The position numbers and the translations under genes were made by a program. A DNA stretch of 64,000 nucleotides, taken from Azolla caroliniana (Eukaryota > Plantae > Polypodiophyta). The stretch covers positions 23,746,001-23,810,000 of the forward strand of contig JBHGNT010000004.1 in NCBI GenBank assembly GCA_043228905.1. The letters are read 5' to 3'. Below, piece by piece: positions 11,294-24,222 of the stretch (position 1 is the first letter of the stretch; every line of letters begins with the position of its first letter). The notes under the pieces were generated by a model, which was not told the DNA's origin, made no database searches, and worked only from the letters and a program-made list of their open reading frames with translations.

Positions 11294-12490
11294 TTTTTTT
11301 AATTCATTATTCAACTACCAATGCATAACATAAGGTAAGATTCGATGGTATGGGAAACCAACTATATTTTATGTCTGTCTAGTGTCTTTTGGTAAGGGTG
11401 GTGGGTGGGTGTTAAGCACCTCAATCCATTATTTTCCTCCATCTCTTATTATTTTTCTCCCCATAAATTCAATTGATAATATTTCAAAGTGGTATTAACG
11501 AGTTCCCGTTGTTCTTTTTCCCGTAGATGTCTACTTCATTAGTAGAAATATGGCAAGGTTTTTTCAAATGTTGTAATATTAGATGACATAAATCTACTTC
11601 ATCTTGGGACAACGTCCAATGCAACATAATTGTGAACAAAATCAACTTCCTGTTCATCCTATGGAGTTGTTGTGGTACCCCTCAAAGTCCATCAAATAAT
11701 AACCTATTTCACAGTCCAATTAAACGACATTCCCCAATACCTTAGGTAGCCAAACACCACATGATACGATGGTGTGGGCAGAGCTTTAACACCATAAATG
11801 AAAACCCACTTAAAAGGTGACAAAAAACTTCATCTTATTGATGCCCAAATTTGTGACATAACCACCCACATGGCTTTAGCAACCGAGCATGTAATGAACC
11901 TATGTTGTTTTCCATCTTCGTCAACCACTATATGAAAAAACATGTCCTATTCAAAATATGTCAAAGGCAACCCACAAACCATTGCACGCCAAAGAAACAC
12001 CTTTGCATGAAATGGTCGATGAGACTGCCATCTTGCACCTAAAACTTGACACCACCACTTTACATATCCAATAATGTGCCATCTAACCAAGTTCTATCTT
12101 CAACCAACATATGGTATGTGCACCCAAAATATCGATTTTTTCAGTACCAAATGGCCAATCTTTCCATGGTTTCTCAACATGGAATTGGGAAAACTATACT
12201 AGGCAATGCCAATATTGGTTGCCAAATGTACCCATATACTTGTGGTATGTGAAACTATTTTTGGACTATAAGAAAGACCATCATTTTCCTATGTGAGTCT
12301 AGAGAACATCTTCCACAATTACCAAGCCCAACCTTGCCATTCATGTGAGTTTAAACTTTCTTTTCCATCCCAATGTAATATCCTTGAGGCTGCCAACATC
12401 TCAACTACCAAAGAATTACTATATTTTTTACACTTAGGGGGTCTCCAATTAAGCAATTTCAAACATCATTGCCAAGAAAGCACTAATTGC
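11294..12490 (-). mobile_element. Degenerate L1-type LINE 3' portion (zf-RVT region)
   Basis: Minus strand gives PFHAKVFLWRAMVCGLPL and QHRFITCSVAKAMW (zf-RVT-like); T-run at ~11294 is a possible poly(A) tail. Boundaries approximate. Confidence 0.7.
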
Positions 12491-13260
12491 TGAAATCGAT
12501 GCTAGTGCTCATGCAATCGACATTGTTCTTTACCAAGACGGAAATATTTTTACAATCAACATAATATTGTTGGTCATAATGATAGATGGTTAGATCTCGT
12601 CTAAGAATTCGACTTTTCCATTCATTATTTTGCAAAGATTTAATGAACACAATTGCTTATGGTTTTGGTTATATTCACGAGGTTAGCTTGATTAGCTTCG
12701 TACTTGATCCATAATCATATTGGTCATCATGGTATATGGTTAGATCTTGTCCAAGAGTTCAACTTTTCCATTCACTATTTCGAAGATTCAATGAACTGAA
12801 TTGCTTAATATGCTTTTCGTCGCATTCACGAGGTTAGATTTATCAACTTCACACTTGCTCCTTTGTATTAACTTCGAAGGAAATACCTTGATGGCAACTT
12901 CTTCAAAGATATAACAGATGATGACATGTGAATATGAAAAATCTTCTATTAAAATTACCACACCCTCAAAGTCAAAATTTTGCAATGTGAAGGTTTATAT
13001 TATTAATCTCCCTCAAATAAACAAGAAAATCATTTTTGAGTATTAAAGTACACCCTGAGCTACGCACTGTAGAATACATTGAACACTTGTTCTAATATCT
13101 ACAGTTTATTTTTGTCTTAAATTACACTATGACCATGCAAAATTATGCAATCAAATGTTTGTACTATCAGGTGAATGAGGTCGACCATCTTGAAGTTGCA
13201 AGTCCTATGTGTACACTAGATATTGATTTAAATAGTAAAAGGGAAGTGTATCACATGAAC
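12490..13260 (+). mobile_element. Degenerate Ty3/gypsy RNase H-integrase remnant with an internal ~150-bp tandem duplication
   Basis: EIDASAHAIDIVLYQDG (ETDAS motif); WLDLVQEFNFSIHY-like segment present twice (~12571, ~12721); decayed CxxCQ-like segment at ~13150. Confidence 0.65.
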
Positions 13261-13600
13261 TAGATATTCCGCATAAACTTGCTTTAATTGTGCCTACTAC
13301 TAGAGTCTAGAGTCATGTTGATGCAAGTTATATACATACTCTCTCACCTTACTTTGCTTGTATGTAATCTTAAACGTTGTGAAAGTCCACCAAGAATCAA
13401 AACATGGAGCTTCAACAAATTATCAAATCAAACAACGAGTATACTAAGTCCCCTTTTCGTTTCTTTCACACATTATCCACTTAAATTTCCTTAATTTGAT
13501 ACATCTTCTTTGATCAGGAGGGACATGTTAACAGAAGGAGTGCAAGTATACGATCTCTGATGGCGACCATTGTCCGAGTTCCTTCGGGCCGATGAATGTG

Positions 13601-13708
13601 TGTGATATGAGAGTTCCTCTGCCTCATCATCTTAATGCATAAATCCATGAAATTGGCTCATGTGATATGAGAGTTCCTCTACCTCATCATCATAATGCAT
13701 AAATCCAT
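13601..13708. repeat. Tandem duplication, 48-bp core with 60-bp period
   Basis: TGTGATATGAGAGTTCCTCT.CCTCATCATC.TAATGCATAAATCCAT at 13601 and 13661. Confidence 0.85.
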
Positions 13709-14050
13709 CGGTTCCAGAATAGAGGAGGGCTACATTTGTAATTATCCGAACATGTGCACAAATACATACATATATGTATGTATATGTTTATAAATTATAT
13801 GTATATATATATATATGTGTGTGTGATTTCAGAAGGCAATGCGAGTCAGTAGATACATATCAGTCGCATTTCTTCTGAGTCAAAGATCTCACAGTCAAAT
13901 TTCTAGGGTTTGCACAGCAGTAGAGAGAGCGTGTCTTCCTTCTGTTCTGTTCTGTTCTGTTCTGTTCTCTGTGTGTGTTTGAGTGATATATATATATATA
14001 TATATACATATATATATTTCATCCCAACCTTTCTTCGTCGTCTATCTTCA

Positions 14051-17000
14051 ATGGGGAAGGGCGCTGGGCGTGGCAAGTTCAAAGGAAAGCCTACAGGAAG
14101 ACGCCATTTCTCTACACCTGAGGAAATGAGTAAGTTCCATCTCTCTCTCTTTTTCCTCGGTCTCTTCCTTTTCTTTGTTTCCTTTTTTATATTAACTACT
14201 GCGAAAAGGTGAACGAAACATACCTAACAATGAAGACATACAAAGATCTTAATTTTAAATACTGCAAAACATTGAAAGATTGATGGCCAACACTGAACAA
14301 TTGCCGGTCTTTTACTTTTCACTTCTGCAAACGAGTGAAGAAAAATCGCTAACAATGGACAAACATAACATTTTGGCCTGATTTAAGGCAATGATCATTT
14401 CTTACTGTTAGCTGGCTTTGAAAACATGGAAGACGATGCAAGATAGATCCCTGTCAAGGAACAAATGTAGCAGTTTTCTTTTAAAGATTCAATGGTAAAT
14501 ACTACAAAAAAGATGTAGAAAAATAATGGCTCTTAACGATAACCAAATGTACAATGTTAGCCAAAGATTATAATGTTCGCTTTTTCGTCCCTTGCTACAC
14601 ACAGATATAAAAAGGTTTTTGCGCGATGTTGTAACTATGTTGTAGGAAAATCTCCAAGAATGGATAATATTCTCAGAATTTTTCCCAAATCTGCACAAAA
14701 AAGTGTAGAAAATTCCATAAATTATAAAATTTGAGATTTTGCTTTCCTGAAATTTGGTAAGCTTGTATCATTGAATGGTGCAAAATGATTAAAGAAAGAA
14801 GTTTAACACATAACGAGGATCAGTTTTGCTGAAGTTCATTTAGCAAATATTTTGGCCAAAAATCATATCTTGAATCTACCAGTCATATACATACCTGCTT
14901 GAATTTCAAGCTCTATGATAGTGTTGATGAAGATAATTTTGCAAGTAGCGAATGTGAAATTGATAAGATTCTTAAAATGATAAAGAAGGTTGCTCCTAAA
15001 TTAAAGCTATAAGTAAGTTCACAATTAACCACCAAAATCATTTCAATGTATGTTGTTTCTTGCATTACTTTCTCTTTGCTTACGTATTGCATTTTCATAT
15101 ATGTAGTTGCAGGCACCTCTCAAAGAGTCGGAGGTTTCAATGCAAAGGTTAATTGTTACACAACTTTTGAAGTAAAAGCTTATTGATGTTTCATATTTTC
15201 AATTTAGAATTTCATTAATGTGAAGGACTTTAATTGTCCTGTACTTATTTCATTGAGTAAACTGTCGAGTGATTCTTTGTATTTTCTGACATGTGTTTAT
15301 TGTTTTAGTAGCGGAGGATCTGAATTGTCATTAAGGTTGTGATAGTGCTGGAAATAATCTAAGCATGGGGCATACACATAGGTAGCCACAAAGTTTTCAG
15401 AACATCCTACAATGTATTATACATGCCATGTCCTAGCTTAGAAGGTTGAGAGTGCATGTATTCCCTTGACTGAAGAGCTCGATAGGGTACTCATTCCTAT
15501 TTCTTAGAAATAACAAGTGTCCCTTCAAATTGCAATGGTTGTGTCTCATAAGTCATGTTCTGGAACGTAATCTTTTCTATTACATAGTCTGGGAATTATT
15601 AAGCTAAGGACGTGAATTGTGAATATGTTTTGATATTGTAAATATCTGTCTGTTCTTCCTTCTTCAAGGAAATAGTTTAACTAGACTGAATTGTAGAATT
15701 TAGAATAGATTATTTTTTGTTAGCATAGATTATGCCGTGTAAAAGAAAATATTTTGCAATATGAGCGATTGTAACTGGGTCTTTTCATTTGGTATGTGAA
15801 GAGACTGGTTTTGTCCTGCTTCATTAGGTGCCAGCTATCATGGGTTTTTTTTGAGTTTGCAAATAGAATATCACTTCATGTTCTGAAAAGTAATTGTCAA
15901 AATGATGATTGATATTTAGATTTTTCATGTTAAATTTGGCTCTTTGGAAATAGTGAAATGTTACAATACAATCTTAGCAAATCCTAAATGTTGATGTAAA
16001 TCTTTGACTTTTTTGAGCAGAAGGAGGAGGAAGTAAAGGAGGTCGAGTCTGAGGAATCAGAGTCTGAAGAAGAATCTGATGATGAAAATGAGACGGTATA
16101 TTGCTTTTGCATTAATGACTAATGTCAGAAGTAATGTTACATCTGAAGGGGGCCCTAACATTAGCCAATCCCTTGATTTCTTCTGTGTTTTCAATACATG
16201 GCAGAAGAAGAAAGGGACTCAAGGCCTCATCGAGATTGAGAACCCGAACTTAGTAAAGCAAAAGAATGTCAAGGCCAAGGATGCTGATGTAAGTTTCAAA
16301 TCATTGCTTATTGTATTGTTTGACTGTGTGTGACAGTTGTTCATGTTGACACTTCTCTTAGGTGTCTGTATGCTCCATCTTTGTTCTCCTACTATCTCTT
16401 CCTCTTAGGTGACTGTGTGTGTTCTTGTAGGCGGTTGTGCATTTGATTGTGGTACATTATGCTGTGTTTAGTTGCTCGTTGTTGATTTGGTCTTTCTGTA
16501 CTGTTTTTTGAGTACATCTCTTCCTGGTTTTTGCAACACAGAATTTATCCCTCAATATTACTAACTGACAGCATTGTTTGGCACTCTATGATACTGACAA
16601 TGCACCTTTAACACCAATTTTTTCCTTTAATTTAATCAACACATGACTTCATTTTACCTAGAATTGCTACAGTTGTACTGCATGTATGGAATCATCCCTC
16701 TGGCTTATTTTCTATGTGACAAATACTATGCATTTGTTAAGCACTGAATCATTTTTTATGCAACCATTTGTTTCTGAAGCATAATTTAGCACAGTTCGCC
16801 AAGTTTTGAATGTTGGGAATCTTGAATTTGTTTACTTTGGAATCTGTACTTAATGAATTATTGACAAATCTCTTACTTTGTGCATACATTGGGATTTGAA
16901 AAACTTAGCTCACTAGACCAGCAGAGCTTTCAAGACGTGAAAGGTAATGTTGCATGTAATCCTTTCCAGAATTCTGTAGTACAAATAGAAAGCATAGTCG

Positions 17001-17788
17001 ATGGCAATTCTCCTACTCTGAATGAAATTCTGGGTGAGAAATATATTGTGATTAATTTCTCTATGACTTCTATGTCCAGAGAGGAGATTGAGAAGCAGAG
17101 GGCACACGAACGGTATCTGAGGCTCCAAGAGCAAGGAAAGACTGACCAAGCAAGAAAAGACTTAGGTAATCATGACATTAGAAATTAGAAATAGAAAGCT
17201 ATCAGTTAATATTAATGTGCATCTTTTAACTATAAATTATTAGCATGTCAGCGATCTCAATACAAATAGAAATCTCAATTTTTTTTAATTTACAAGCACA
17301 ATTTTATACTAGAAAAACCTCTCAAGTGCAAATGAGAGGACGTTTTCTTAAATTTGCCCAAATGCTCCCTAAGTCTACATTTTTCCCAAAAATGCCCCTT
17401 ATTTTGAGAATAAGGGGATGCATTGACCATATATATTGCTCAAGATGGGGTTTAGCGAAGGTATTTGGAGAAATAACTGAAGCTAGGGGCATTTGCAGAA
17501 ATAAAGATCTTCAGTATTTTGGAGTTTTTCTGTTGCATTGGGAACTGCTGATCTTCTCTCATGTAAACTGCACAATTACTCACATTATGTTTACACGCAC
17601 AGAAAGGCTGGCCCTAGTCAGGCAACAAAGGTTAGAGGCTGCACAGAAGCGAGAAGAAGAAAAAGCTGGTAACATGTGCTATGGATATGAAATGTACAAA
17701 TATTAGTTTGTCGTGTATATTTTTGACTTAAACTCTCTCTTTGTCATGCGCAGCAAAAGAGACTAAGAAAACCGACGCTCGGAAATGA
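14051..17788 (+). CDS. PDAP1: 28-kDa heat- and acid-stable phosphoprotein (PDAP1/HASPP28, PP28 family) homolog. Exons 14051-14129, 15107-15147, 16021-16095, 16205-16288, 16909-16943, 17080-17165, 17603-17668, 17754-17788
   Basis: Spliced at GT-AG with consistent phases: [101 protein letters not shown]. Confidence 0.93.
17248..17551. mobile_element. Possible degenerate MITE in PDAP1 intron 6
   Basis: Imperfect ~30-bp terminal inverted repeat (TCAGCGATCTCAATACAAATAGAAATCTC vs revcomp TCAGCAGTTCCCAATGCAACAGAAAAACTC) and central hairpin CCCCTTATT..AATAAGGGG; no TSD found. Confidence 0.4.
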
Positions 17789-17995
17789 TTCTGTGGCCAA
17801 TTCAATGACTGAATTATATTTTCTTTATCATAAGAAGTGCAACTTGAATCTTTGAGTATATTTATGTTTAGCAAATGTAGATCAAGAGCAATTGTACAAT
17901 TGTTGAAGGGTGCGGCCAATCTCACTTAAATTAAATTTAAGTTGAACAATATATTGGTACTGCAGTTACTGAAATTGTTTCATTCTGGATTTGTG

Positions 17996-18515
17996 ACATA
18001 TGTTTGGTGAGACCCACTAGATGTGCTAATTTGTCTTTGGGGTGTTTATCCATGTGATTGTCAAAACATGTCTTGTACATGTTCCATATCCAGTTACTGA
18101 AATTCTTGCATGATGTCATTGCCTGGTGTACTATGCTACATTTTATTTATTTTTCTTTTTGCATAAATATATGTTTTTTTTGCAGAAATACATTTAGCTA
18201 GTATATTTTGTACGTCTTGCATAGTTGTTTCCATATGTTTGGTGAGACCGCTAGATGTGCTGATTTGTCTTTGGGGTGTTTATACATGTCTAATAGTCAT
18301 GATCGATAAAAACATGTCTTGTACCATATGGGGTGTTTATCCATGATTGTTAAAACATGTCTTTGGGGTGTTTGTCCATGTATAGTAGTTCCATATCCAA
18401 GTCTTGCATGATGTCATAGCCTGGTGTAATGTGCTATACATTTAATTTTTGTTTTTCTTTTTGCATAATATATGTTTTTTTGCTGAAATATGCTAGCTAG
18501 TATATTTTGCATGTC
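17996..18515. repeat. Diverged tandem duplication (~235-280 bp, with sub-repeats) downstream of PDAP1
   Basis: CATATGTTTGGTGAGACC..TAGATGTGCT..TTTGGGGTGTTTAT and TCTTGCATGATGTCAT.GCCTGGTGTA..AGCTAGTATATTTTG each occur twice. Confidence 0.8.
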
Positions 18516-19715
18516 CCATGATTCTTCTAGTGTCTACGGATGGATGAGGCGGCTTGTACATTCCTTATCAATTTACTTTGCTGTGTGCAAGGAAAGCCTT
18601 GTACTATTATTGTGTCATGACACATGAATCCATTCTTAGTATGGGTCAAACTCTTTTAGAATATTTGAATAGTGTGAATTGGTCAAGTAATGTAGTGGGT
18701 ATGGGGTGGTTATCTGCAGATTTGGACATGTTAAACGGTTGTAATGTGCATGTCAATTATAGGAACACAGCCATTTATCTCCAGCGCTTCATAAGTTCAT
18801 TACTTAAACTTTCTATGTCAGGCTTTTGATTGAGGAGAAATTGTTTTGTTATTTTATGCTATAGTTAAATATTTTGCAGGAAAAAAAGTGCATTTGGTTG
18901 TTTGTATGATTGGTTGCATCATTAATCAAATAAGAATACATTTAATGGATGTCACCATAGAGACTACCATTACTGACATTGGCACAACTCAATCAATGAA
19001 TCACCATTTGCAACAATTTAGATCGACCTGTCCATTTGAATTGTCCTTTGATCACCACTACGAGTAACTCATAAAGCACATAAAAAACCACTGGCAGCCA
19101 TTGAACCTAAATAGCATATTACTTGCAAAGTCTCTTTTGAAATGTAGTTAAGAGAGATATTTTGTGAAATATATGTTATTTTATTGTTTCCATTACCAAA
19201 TCCAATCATATTGAAAATTGACTTTTGTTCATCTTAGCCACATTTTGATTGCCTTTTAGATTCTCAAATCTCAGAAACATAAAACTTTAGAGCTTCAAAG
19301 GTAATTTAAGAAAAAAACTTCCTCCACAGATAAGTGACAAAGTAAAGACTATTCAAATCAGTTAAATTGATGAGTGGCATTCTCAAATTTTAGAATAAAA
19401 AGCAGATTCAATCCTTACCTGCTTTAGCAATGCTATATAACGTCTTCTTGTGAAACATAGCAGTATAAGGACGCATGATGTCATAATTCATTCTATGCAA
19501 TAGTGAGCTTGCGTAAACATCACAAAAGGTTTCTCTGTCTGTCTGTCTCTCCCTCCCTCTCTTTCTAGCTGGAACACACCCAGTTAAATTTTGGCAAAAA
19601 TGGTTGTCCATTATGTCCTATTTCTAATAGGAATAAAAATCGCCGTTTACAGAGATGTACCCAACCAACAAGAAATGGTTTGAAATTCAACATGAGACAC
19701 AAACTTCATCACATG

Positions 19716-22700
19716 CTATTTATTTAATACCTCATCTTGAGTAAGAGATTTCAAGTCCTCAAAACATATTGACATGGCATCCAATCCCACTTCGATTTTG
19801 TTGAGCATCTGCTTCATTTGAGATGCATGCCATGCTTTCCCTTCACTGGTCTTTAACACTGCCTTCTTCGCCTCAGGATGCAAAATCGGGGCAGGTAGAG
19901 CTACCCATCTTCTTTGATTCAGAGTAACCTCATTCAAACTTCAAGTACATATAATTAAACATTAGCATAAATCATCCAAACCAGCATTAGTAGAAGTTGA
20001 TTGCTTATTTCTTAACCATGGAGCAAAAATACCTCTCTAATATGCTAGGGATGTTTGGAAGCTCTTTCAGTTTGTAGAAGACATCATAGAATCCATTCCC
20101 CCGTTTCCTGATGTTGTCAAGGTTGCCATATTTCTCACAAATCGAGCGAATATGGCTTTCTGGAGTTTCCACACTGACTCTGCTAATTCTCACTACAGTT
20201 GTAATGGGATTATCAGCCCTAACTATGGTGAAAAGCTTACCCTCCAGTTGAATTTGTCGAAGAGTTAGTGCATTATCCATAGCCTCTGATGTCTGTTAGC
20301 AAAGAGGAAATCATGACTTATCTATATATGAAAATTGAAACATGACTTGCTGCATCAAATTTTTAAAGAGCTCATTGTGACCATCAATGGAGCTAGATAT
20401 ACCTTAAATAAAGCATTTCTTTACTAGCTTACATAAAGCCCAGTATTACCCTAAATAGACCTTATTATAGTTTATTACGTTAATAGAGCTCATTATTACC
20501 TTGAATTCAATGTAGATGGTGCAAGATCCATTTGAAGCAGGCTTTTTGAAGGAGCTCACAATTTCTCCATGGGTTGAAAGTGTATGTTTCACCACACCAA
20601 GGTTAGAATGGGCAGGTACACCCTGAATACACACCGTATACCCTGAGAATGGGACAACGCTATCTTTGGTTGGTTGGATGGTTTCAATTGAACTGGGAGA
20701 GCTTATGTCTTCTCGAATATGAGCACTCTTTGTTTCTGGAGCTTTAAGATACTCAAAGCTCACAGGGTTTACATCTTTATTTATTTGTTGAGTCCAGCCT
20801 TCTTTTGACCTTGCATTTGAAAGAGAATCTCTTGCTGAACCAATTGAACGATCAATGCTCCGATCCCCGGGAATATCCGTTCGATTAAAGGAACCATTTG
20901 ACTCACGGGACTTGAGAAAATTGAAGTTCGCTGGCTTCATATCCTTTGACCTATTCAGATTTCCAGGTTGATATCCTTTCTGTTGCTTGTTATTGGGTAT
21001 ATAGTCTTTTTTAAATGCACTAGCTAGCTGCTAAAAAGTCAATAGATAGCAATAGACAGAATTAGGGAAGTCTTGTAATCTCCAACTTGTAAGTCTAAAA
21101 AAAGATGATGAATCTTCGATTCTTACCGAACTTCTGCTTTGGCTCCTGGAAAGGCTTGGATCACTTCTCTGATGAGGCAAATCTAAGTCCGCGAAATCGT
21201 CTACATTCTCATTTTCTTTCATCTTAGAAGAGTCTGATTTACCAGTTGCTTCACCAGCTTTGTTTTTGGCAGCAATCTTGCGAATAGAACTCATAACCTG
21301 TGCCCATTTGCTGTCTTCAATAGACTTACCATCAGTACTAGTACTAGTAGAAGATGCATTGGAATGTTGAGACTCTGCATGCGCATTGTCCTTCTGACTG
21401 GTTGTCCCCACTGTTTTACCCCTCATTTTACTAAGGATAAGACTTGAGAGATCATCACTAGTTTCAGACGAAGATTTCTCAACTGCAGACCTTTGATCCT
21501 TGAGGGACCCTTCAGTATGTAGCTTCTCACTTCTTTTCATCTCCTCCTCAAGTGCAGATAAACTGCATTAAACGAATTCTCTTTGCCTCTCAGCAATTTT
21601 CCTGCTAGTGTAAAAAATCCAGTATGAAAAGGTAAGTAGTATACCCAGATATGCCATTGGAAGCTTGGGTCGCGGTAGAAGACTCTTCAAGTACTACGCT
21701 GCCCGAGAACCATCTTTGTGTAGTTTGTGGTAATACTAGACCACCATGCAAGATAACATTTGACACATTAGGCATAATCAATTATTACAGCTTTTGATAC
21801 TTTCTAGGTGCAAAATTATATAAAATTTCAAAAGTAAATAGAATACAGAAATTCGAAAATACTTGTACAGTGTGCTATGTAATTGAGAGCCCGTACTACA
21901 TCCACAGCAATTTCAGAATAAAAACATTTCAATTGTTTCAAAGCCAAAATTCTGAGCATTCTAAGTTGAATATATGACCTCTCCATCATTTCAAAGAAAA
22001 AGTCTCATTTTCTGGACTCTCATAAGAACCAACTTATCTCATAACATTTTCTTTCAAATCCAAAATTGCATTTTAAAATGCTCTAAATCGTTGAAAGTCA
22101 ATTGTTAACCAAAAAGAATATCAGAATCTCAAACCATTTTTAGTTCAACATGCAAATCCTTCAGCTTCTGAAGCTTTATGTAATTGAAACAATGTTCGTG
22201 CAGCAAAAGAATCTAAGAATCACATAGCATTAAGTTCAAAATATAGTTCTTCAATGTTTCAAAGAAAAATTCTCAAATTTTGAAGTTCTACATAATTGGA
22301 CATCAGTACCTGGTTCAAAAAGAATCCCAGAGCTCAGTTCAAAATATTGAACTTGAACTCTTTCAAAAACAAAGTACCATTTTTTGGAGCTATGGTAAAG
22401 AACTTAGAAACAACAAACAGCTGCCAGAATGCCAAAGCATAAGGTCCACCATATATATTAAGCATACTCTAACAGTTTCAAAACTAAAGAAATAGTATAA
22501 GTTTCTGAATTAATAGCATTTTCGAAGACAAGTGCAAAGTTTAGGTTTTTAATGCGATTAAATGGAAATGGAAATAGTTTCATAGGTCCAGACATAAGGC
22601 TAATATTTCTTCCAGTTAAAAGGAAAAGCTTACATTTTCTGAAAAATCTTTTGAGCAAATCTCACATTTCTGAAACTTCCAAAAGAAAAACCTAAACGTA

Positions 22701-22976
22701 TGGTTCCTCGACATTCAAGCGATTAATCTAAATGAAATTACCACTCTATACGCAGGATATACGTAGGAATTTTTCTACAATCTCGAAATGTCCCAGAGAG
22801 AAGTAAGAAAAGAAAACATAATACAAAAAAGAAAACGAAGGAGAGAAAGAAAACTCAATTCAAAGGAGAAAGGGGGGGGGGGGGGGGGGGGGGAGAAAGA
22901 GAGAACAATGGGAACCTGTGCGATGAAGGAGGTGTTTCGGAGGAGGGATGGAGCCGAGACGAAGGAAGCGAGCCAT
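19716..22976 (-). CDS. Uncharacterised protein with probable organellar transit peptide and two C-terminal RRM-like domains. Exons 22976-22916, 21735-21645, 21562-21127, 21030(or 21027)-20500, 20292-20033, 19938-19716
   Basis: GT-AG splicing keeps the frame: MARFLRLGSIPPPKHLLHRTVLPQTTQRWFSGS..; low-complexity middle; RRM-like YTVCIQGVP..HGEI..IYIEFK and VVRISRV..KYGNL..YDVFY. Confidence 0.8.
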
Positions 22977-23304
22977 GGAGGTGAGTGGGGAAGCCTCAGA
23001 GGAGCGAGAACGCTCAGAGAATCATTCTTTCAGTCTGTTCTGTGTGTCTTCTTTTTCTTCTTCTTCTTCTTCTTCTTCTTCTTCTTCTTCGGGGTTCTTC
23101 TTCTTGTCTACTACACTGCTAGGGTATAAGTTATAACTTATAACTATAGTCTGTCTATAATAGTATATGTAATGTAGAATCGGCAAAGAAGGAAACCCTT
23201 CATTTCTTCTCTTTTATTAAAGAAAGAGAAACCTTCAGTTTGGCCCCAAACCCCTTCTTCTTCAACAAGAAGAAGAAAAGAGAGGCCAAAACCCAATGTA
23301 TCGA

Positions 23305-23344
<40 letters not shown>

Positions 23345-23417
23345 ATCCATTCATTACGTGTATTCGCCATTGTCTCCCATAGTGTTTTTTGTATTGCTCC
23401 GTCCGGCACTTGGCATC

Positions 23418-23594
23418 TTGGGTTTTAGGGTTTGGGGTTTTGGTCGTCTTCTCGATCCCTTGTCCGAAACAACCTTGTACTAGGGTTTTAGGGTTTGGGT
23501 TTTGGGTGTCATCTCGGCCCCTTATTAGGGTTTTAGGGTTTGGGTTTTGGGTGTCATCTCGGCCCCTTATTAGGGTTTTAGGGTTTGGGGTTTT
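23418..23594. repeat. Telomere-like (TTTAGGG variant) repeats with a 45-bp tandem unit, upstream of the RRM gene
   Basis: TAGGGTTTTAGGGTTTGGGTTTTGGGTGTCATCTCGGCCCCTTAT at 23481 and 23526 plus partial copies; telo-box AAACCCTA on the minus strand. Confidence 0.8.
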
Positions 23595-24147
23595 GTGTGG
23601 CTTTGAAGAGGCTACATTGGGCCATATCTAACCATCAACAAAGAGTAGCTTTTGGAATTCATGACATATGATCTTATGGCCATATGATATATGCCTGGAA
23701 TCCCTAGATTCTAGTAAACCACATGTTTATGCACTTGACAAAGAGGAGAGGTGTGTTTGTGCGTGCGTGTGTCGCTTCTAGGCGTGTCGCACTGAGCACA
23801 AAGTTTTATCTCCTTTATGAGATTGTATGTCGGTGCCAAATCATCATTTACCATCTCGTTATCAATTTGTACAAAGAGCGGTAATCACGCAACTGTCGTA
23901 TGTTATGTCCTAAGTGAACTCTTCCTCTCATCTCTTGAATAGTTATCAAAATGAATAAGCAAACTATTGTCTCCATAGGGCTTAAGCATTGAACCTATTA
24001 GTTAATGACATATAAAAGCATGCACAAATAGGCACATCACACTTCAATTAATCATGATTCAACACAGTCAAGTACAATTATGTCAATGATATCGGTGTAA
24101 AGTTTAAAGTAAAGTGCTTAACACCGATTGTGCACACAATGAGACAT

Positions 24148-24149
<2 letters not shown>

Positions 24150-24185
<36 letters not shown>

Positions 24186-24222
24186 AGGGAGGGAGAGGGA
24201 GAGGGAGAGGGAGAGGGAGAGG
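24150..24222. repeat. (GA)n/(GGGA)n microsatellite; others at 23050-23090 (CTT)n and 23309-23342 (TG)n
   Basis: Direct inspection. Confidence 0.9.
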
